DNA of 63,297 nt, the filler included, from Nemertoderma westbladi (lineage: Eukaryota; Animalia; Xenacoelomorpha): assembly GCA_032718475.1 (NCBI GenBank). It is 4 parts of 4 records of this genome, joined end to end, with 100 filler letters (N's around TTAATTAATTAA, not from the genome) between each part and the next. Parts side by side here need not be neighbours in the genome. Positions count along the whole stretch, not along the records: positions 55,611 to 63,297 come from JAUCBJ010002374.1; 3 more parts are not named here. One strand, written 5' to 3'. The notes under the pieces are model-generated. The model was not told the DNA's origin. It saw nothing but the letters and a program-made list of their open reading frames with translations, and made no database searches. Of this stretch, positions 61,918 to 63,297 are shown piece by piece. A program made the translations under genes and the position numbers. The stretch's first letter is position 1. Each line of letters begins with the position of its first letter.

Positions 61918-63297
61918 TTACATAGAAGGTATAACTTTATTAAGAGTTGGGTGGATCATATTAATGTAACAGGACTCTGCATGAACTCGTCGCTGGTGGT
62001 TGCGGAACTGTTTAAAGCAGGTTACGGTCAGTTTGTCTATTTCACAGTTAGTGAAATGTTGTAGGAGAAGGATTTCGGGGCTAGTTGGGTCGCAGCCTTT
62101 ACGGGCTTCCCTAATACTATGTCTGTGCTTATTGAGTCGGTCGTGGAGGAATTGTTCCGTCTGGCCGATGTAGAAATCACTCGGATGAGTTCTACAGGAT
62201 ATAATGTAGAGCACATTGTGGGATTTGCAGTTAAAGCGGCCGTAAATGGATTCGTTCCAGTGTGTTTTACGAGGGTTTGTAATTGCTAGACAGCATAAGC
62301 AACGGGGTGCGCGACATTGGTGATTACCTACCGGGATAAGTGGGTCTAGTTTACGTATAAGCATTTGTCCAAGGTTTGGGAGGTTGCGTGGGACGGGTTT
62401 AATGGCAATACCTATGTTACTGAGGTGATTTTGATGCCGGGCGATGGTTTTGGACATGGATGTTAAAAAATAAGGAGTTGTGGGTATGTAGATGGGGGGA
62501 GGGTAAGTTTGCTGTATAGTGGTGTAGGTGGTGGGTAACTGTTTGGCTGGTTTCCATAGATACATTGATAGTAAGAAGTTGAGTGGGTATCCTCTAAGTT
62601 TGCATAGTTCCAAGTAATTATGGCGGGTGACATTAAAAAGGTTATCTGAGTCAGTAAGTCTGCGGTAACGGAGGATTTCAGCTTTAACAACTGCGAGTAG
62701 GGTGGGTTTATGGTGAAAACTAGCGTAGAGGATGGGTAGTTTATTGGACATGGGCTTCTTATATAGGTGGGTAAGTAGTTTGTCATCTTGGCGGTATATT
62801 GTGAGGTCGAGGTAGTTTAAGGTGGAGTAGGAATGTTCTATGGTGAATTGTATTGAGTTCGTGTTGTATAGTTCGAGGCAGGCTTGGTTGAGTGACGTTT
62901 TCAAACCACTTAACTCATTGGTGTTGAGTTCCCTATCGAATTCAACAATACTGTCGTCGACGAGTGTTTTAAAATACTGGGCTGAGTAAAGGGTGGTATT
63001 TAGGGCTCGCTTGAGGACTCTACATGAGGCTATAACGGCATAATCACCGCTATGTGAGCCTCCCATGGGCGCACCAGAGATTTGGAGGTAAAATTTGTCA
63101 CTATACCTAAAAAAGTTATGGTACAGTAGAAATCTTAGTATAAGACATAACTGATATGGCGTGAATATAGACCGGTGTGGCAGGGATGGGTCTTCGGTGA
63201 GTGTTTGCATAGTGGCTTGTAACCCGAGCTCGTGTGGAATACTAGTAAACATATCGACTACATCTACAGCGATGAGAGTACATGATGAGTTATTAAG
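61918..63297 (-). mobile_element. Penelope-like element ORF (RT + GIY-YIG endonuclease), Neptune-type; 5' part lies beyond the window
   Basis: DVVDMFTSIPH, GAPMG, VDD, LNYLDL, LYKKP, Cys linker CRAPRCLCC, NVLYIISC...FYIGQT...RLNKH...AES..I..IHPTLN. Confidence 0.92.

Overview
This is repeat-rich eukaryotic DNA, most likely from an invertebrate animal. It consists of four sequence blocks (1-29554, 29655-45638, 45739-55510, 55611-63297) joined by artificial 100-bp N/TTAATTAATTAA/N linkers. Block 1 holds three host genes: an intronless EVG1/C22orf23 (UPF0193) gene, a 3-exon C2H2 zinc-finger gene whose 6.8-kb intron contains nested transposons, and an intronless SMARCE1/BAF57 with a long QQGPIMS-repeat tail. 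It also holds several MITEs, a solo LTR and a 44-bp satellite resembling a tRNA-derived SINE head. The other blocks are almost all mobile DNA: CR1/L2-group LINEs, a BEL/Pao fragment, a protein-primed PolB fragment, LTRs, THAP (P-like) and Academ-like remnants, and a Neptune-type Penelope element with a minimal hammerhead ribozyme. Two structures stand out. (i) An ~8.4-kb LINE whose ORF1 appears to carry a Ulp1/SENP-like protease and whose own coding sequence has expanded into near-perfect tandem arrays (42 bp x66, 34 bp x15, 30 bp x3, plus an upstream 30 bp x11). (ii) A 5.7-kb insertion bounded by one TSD that comprises an inverted BEL piece, an antisense BEL gag-pol and a LINE 3' end, which looks like LINE-mediated transduction of an LTR element with a twin-priming inversion. 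All family assignments are by motif recognition only; no searches were run.
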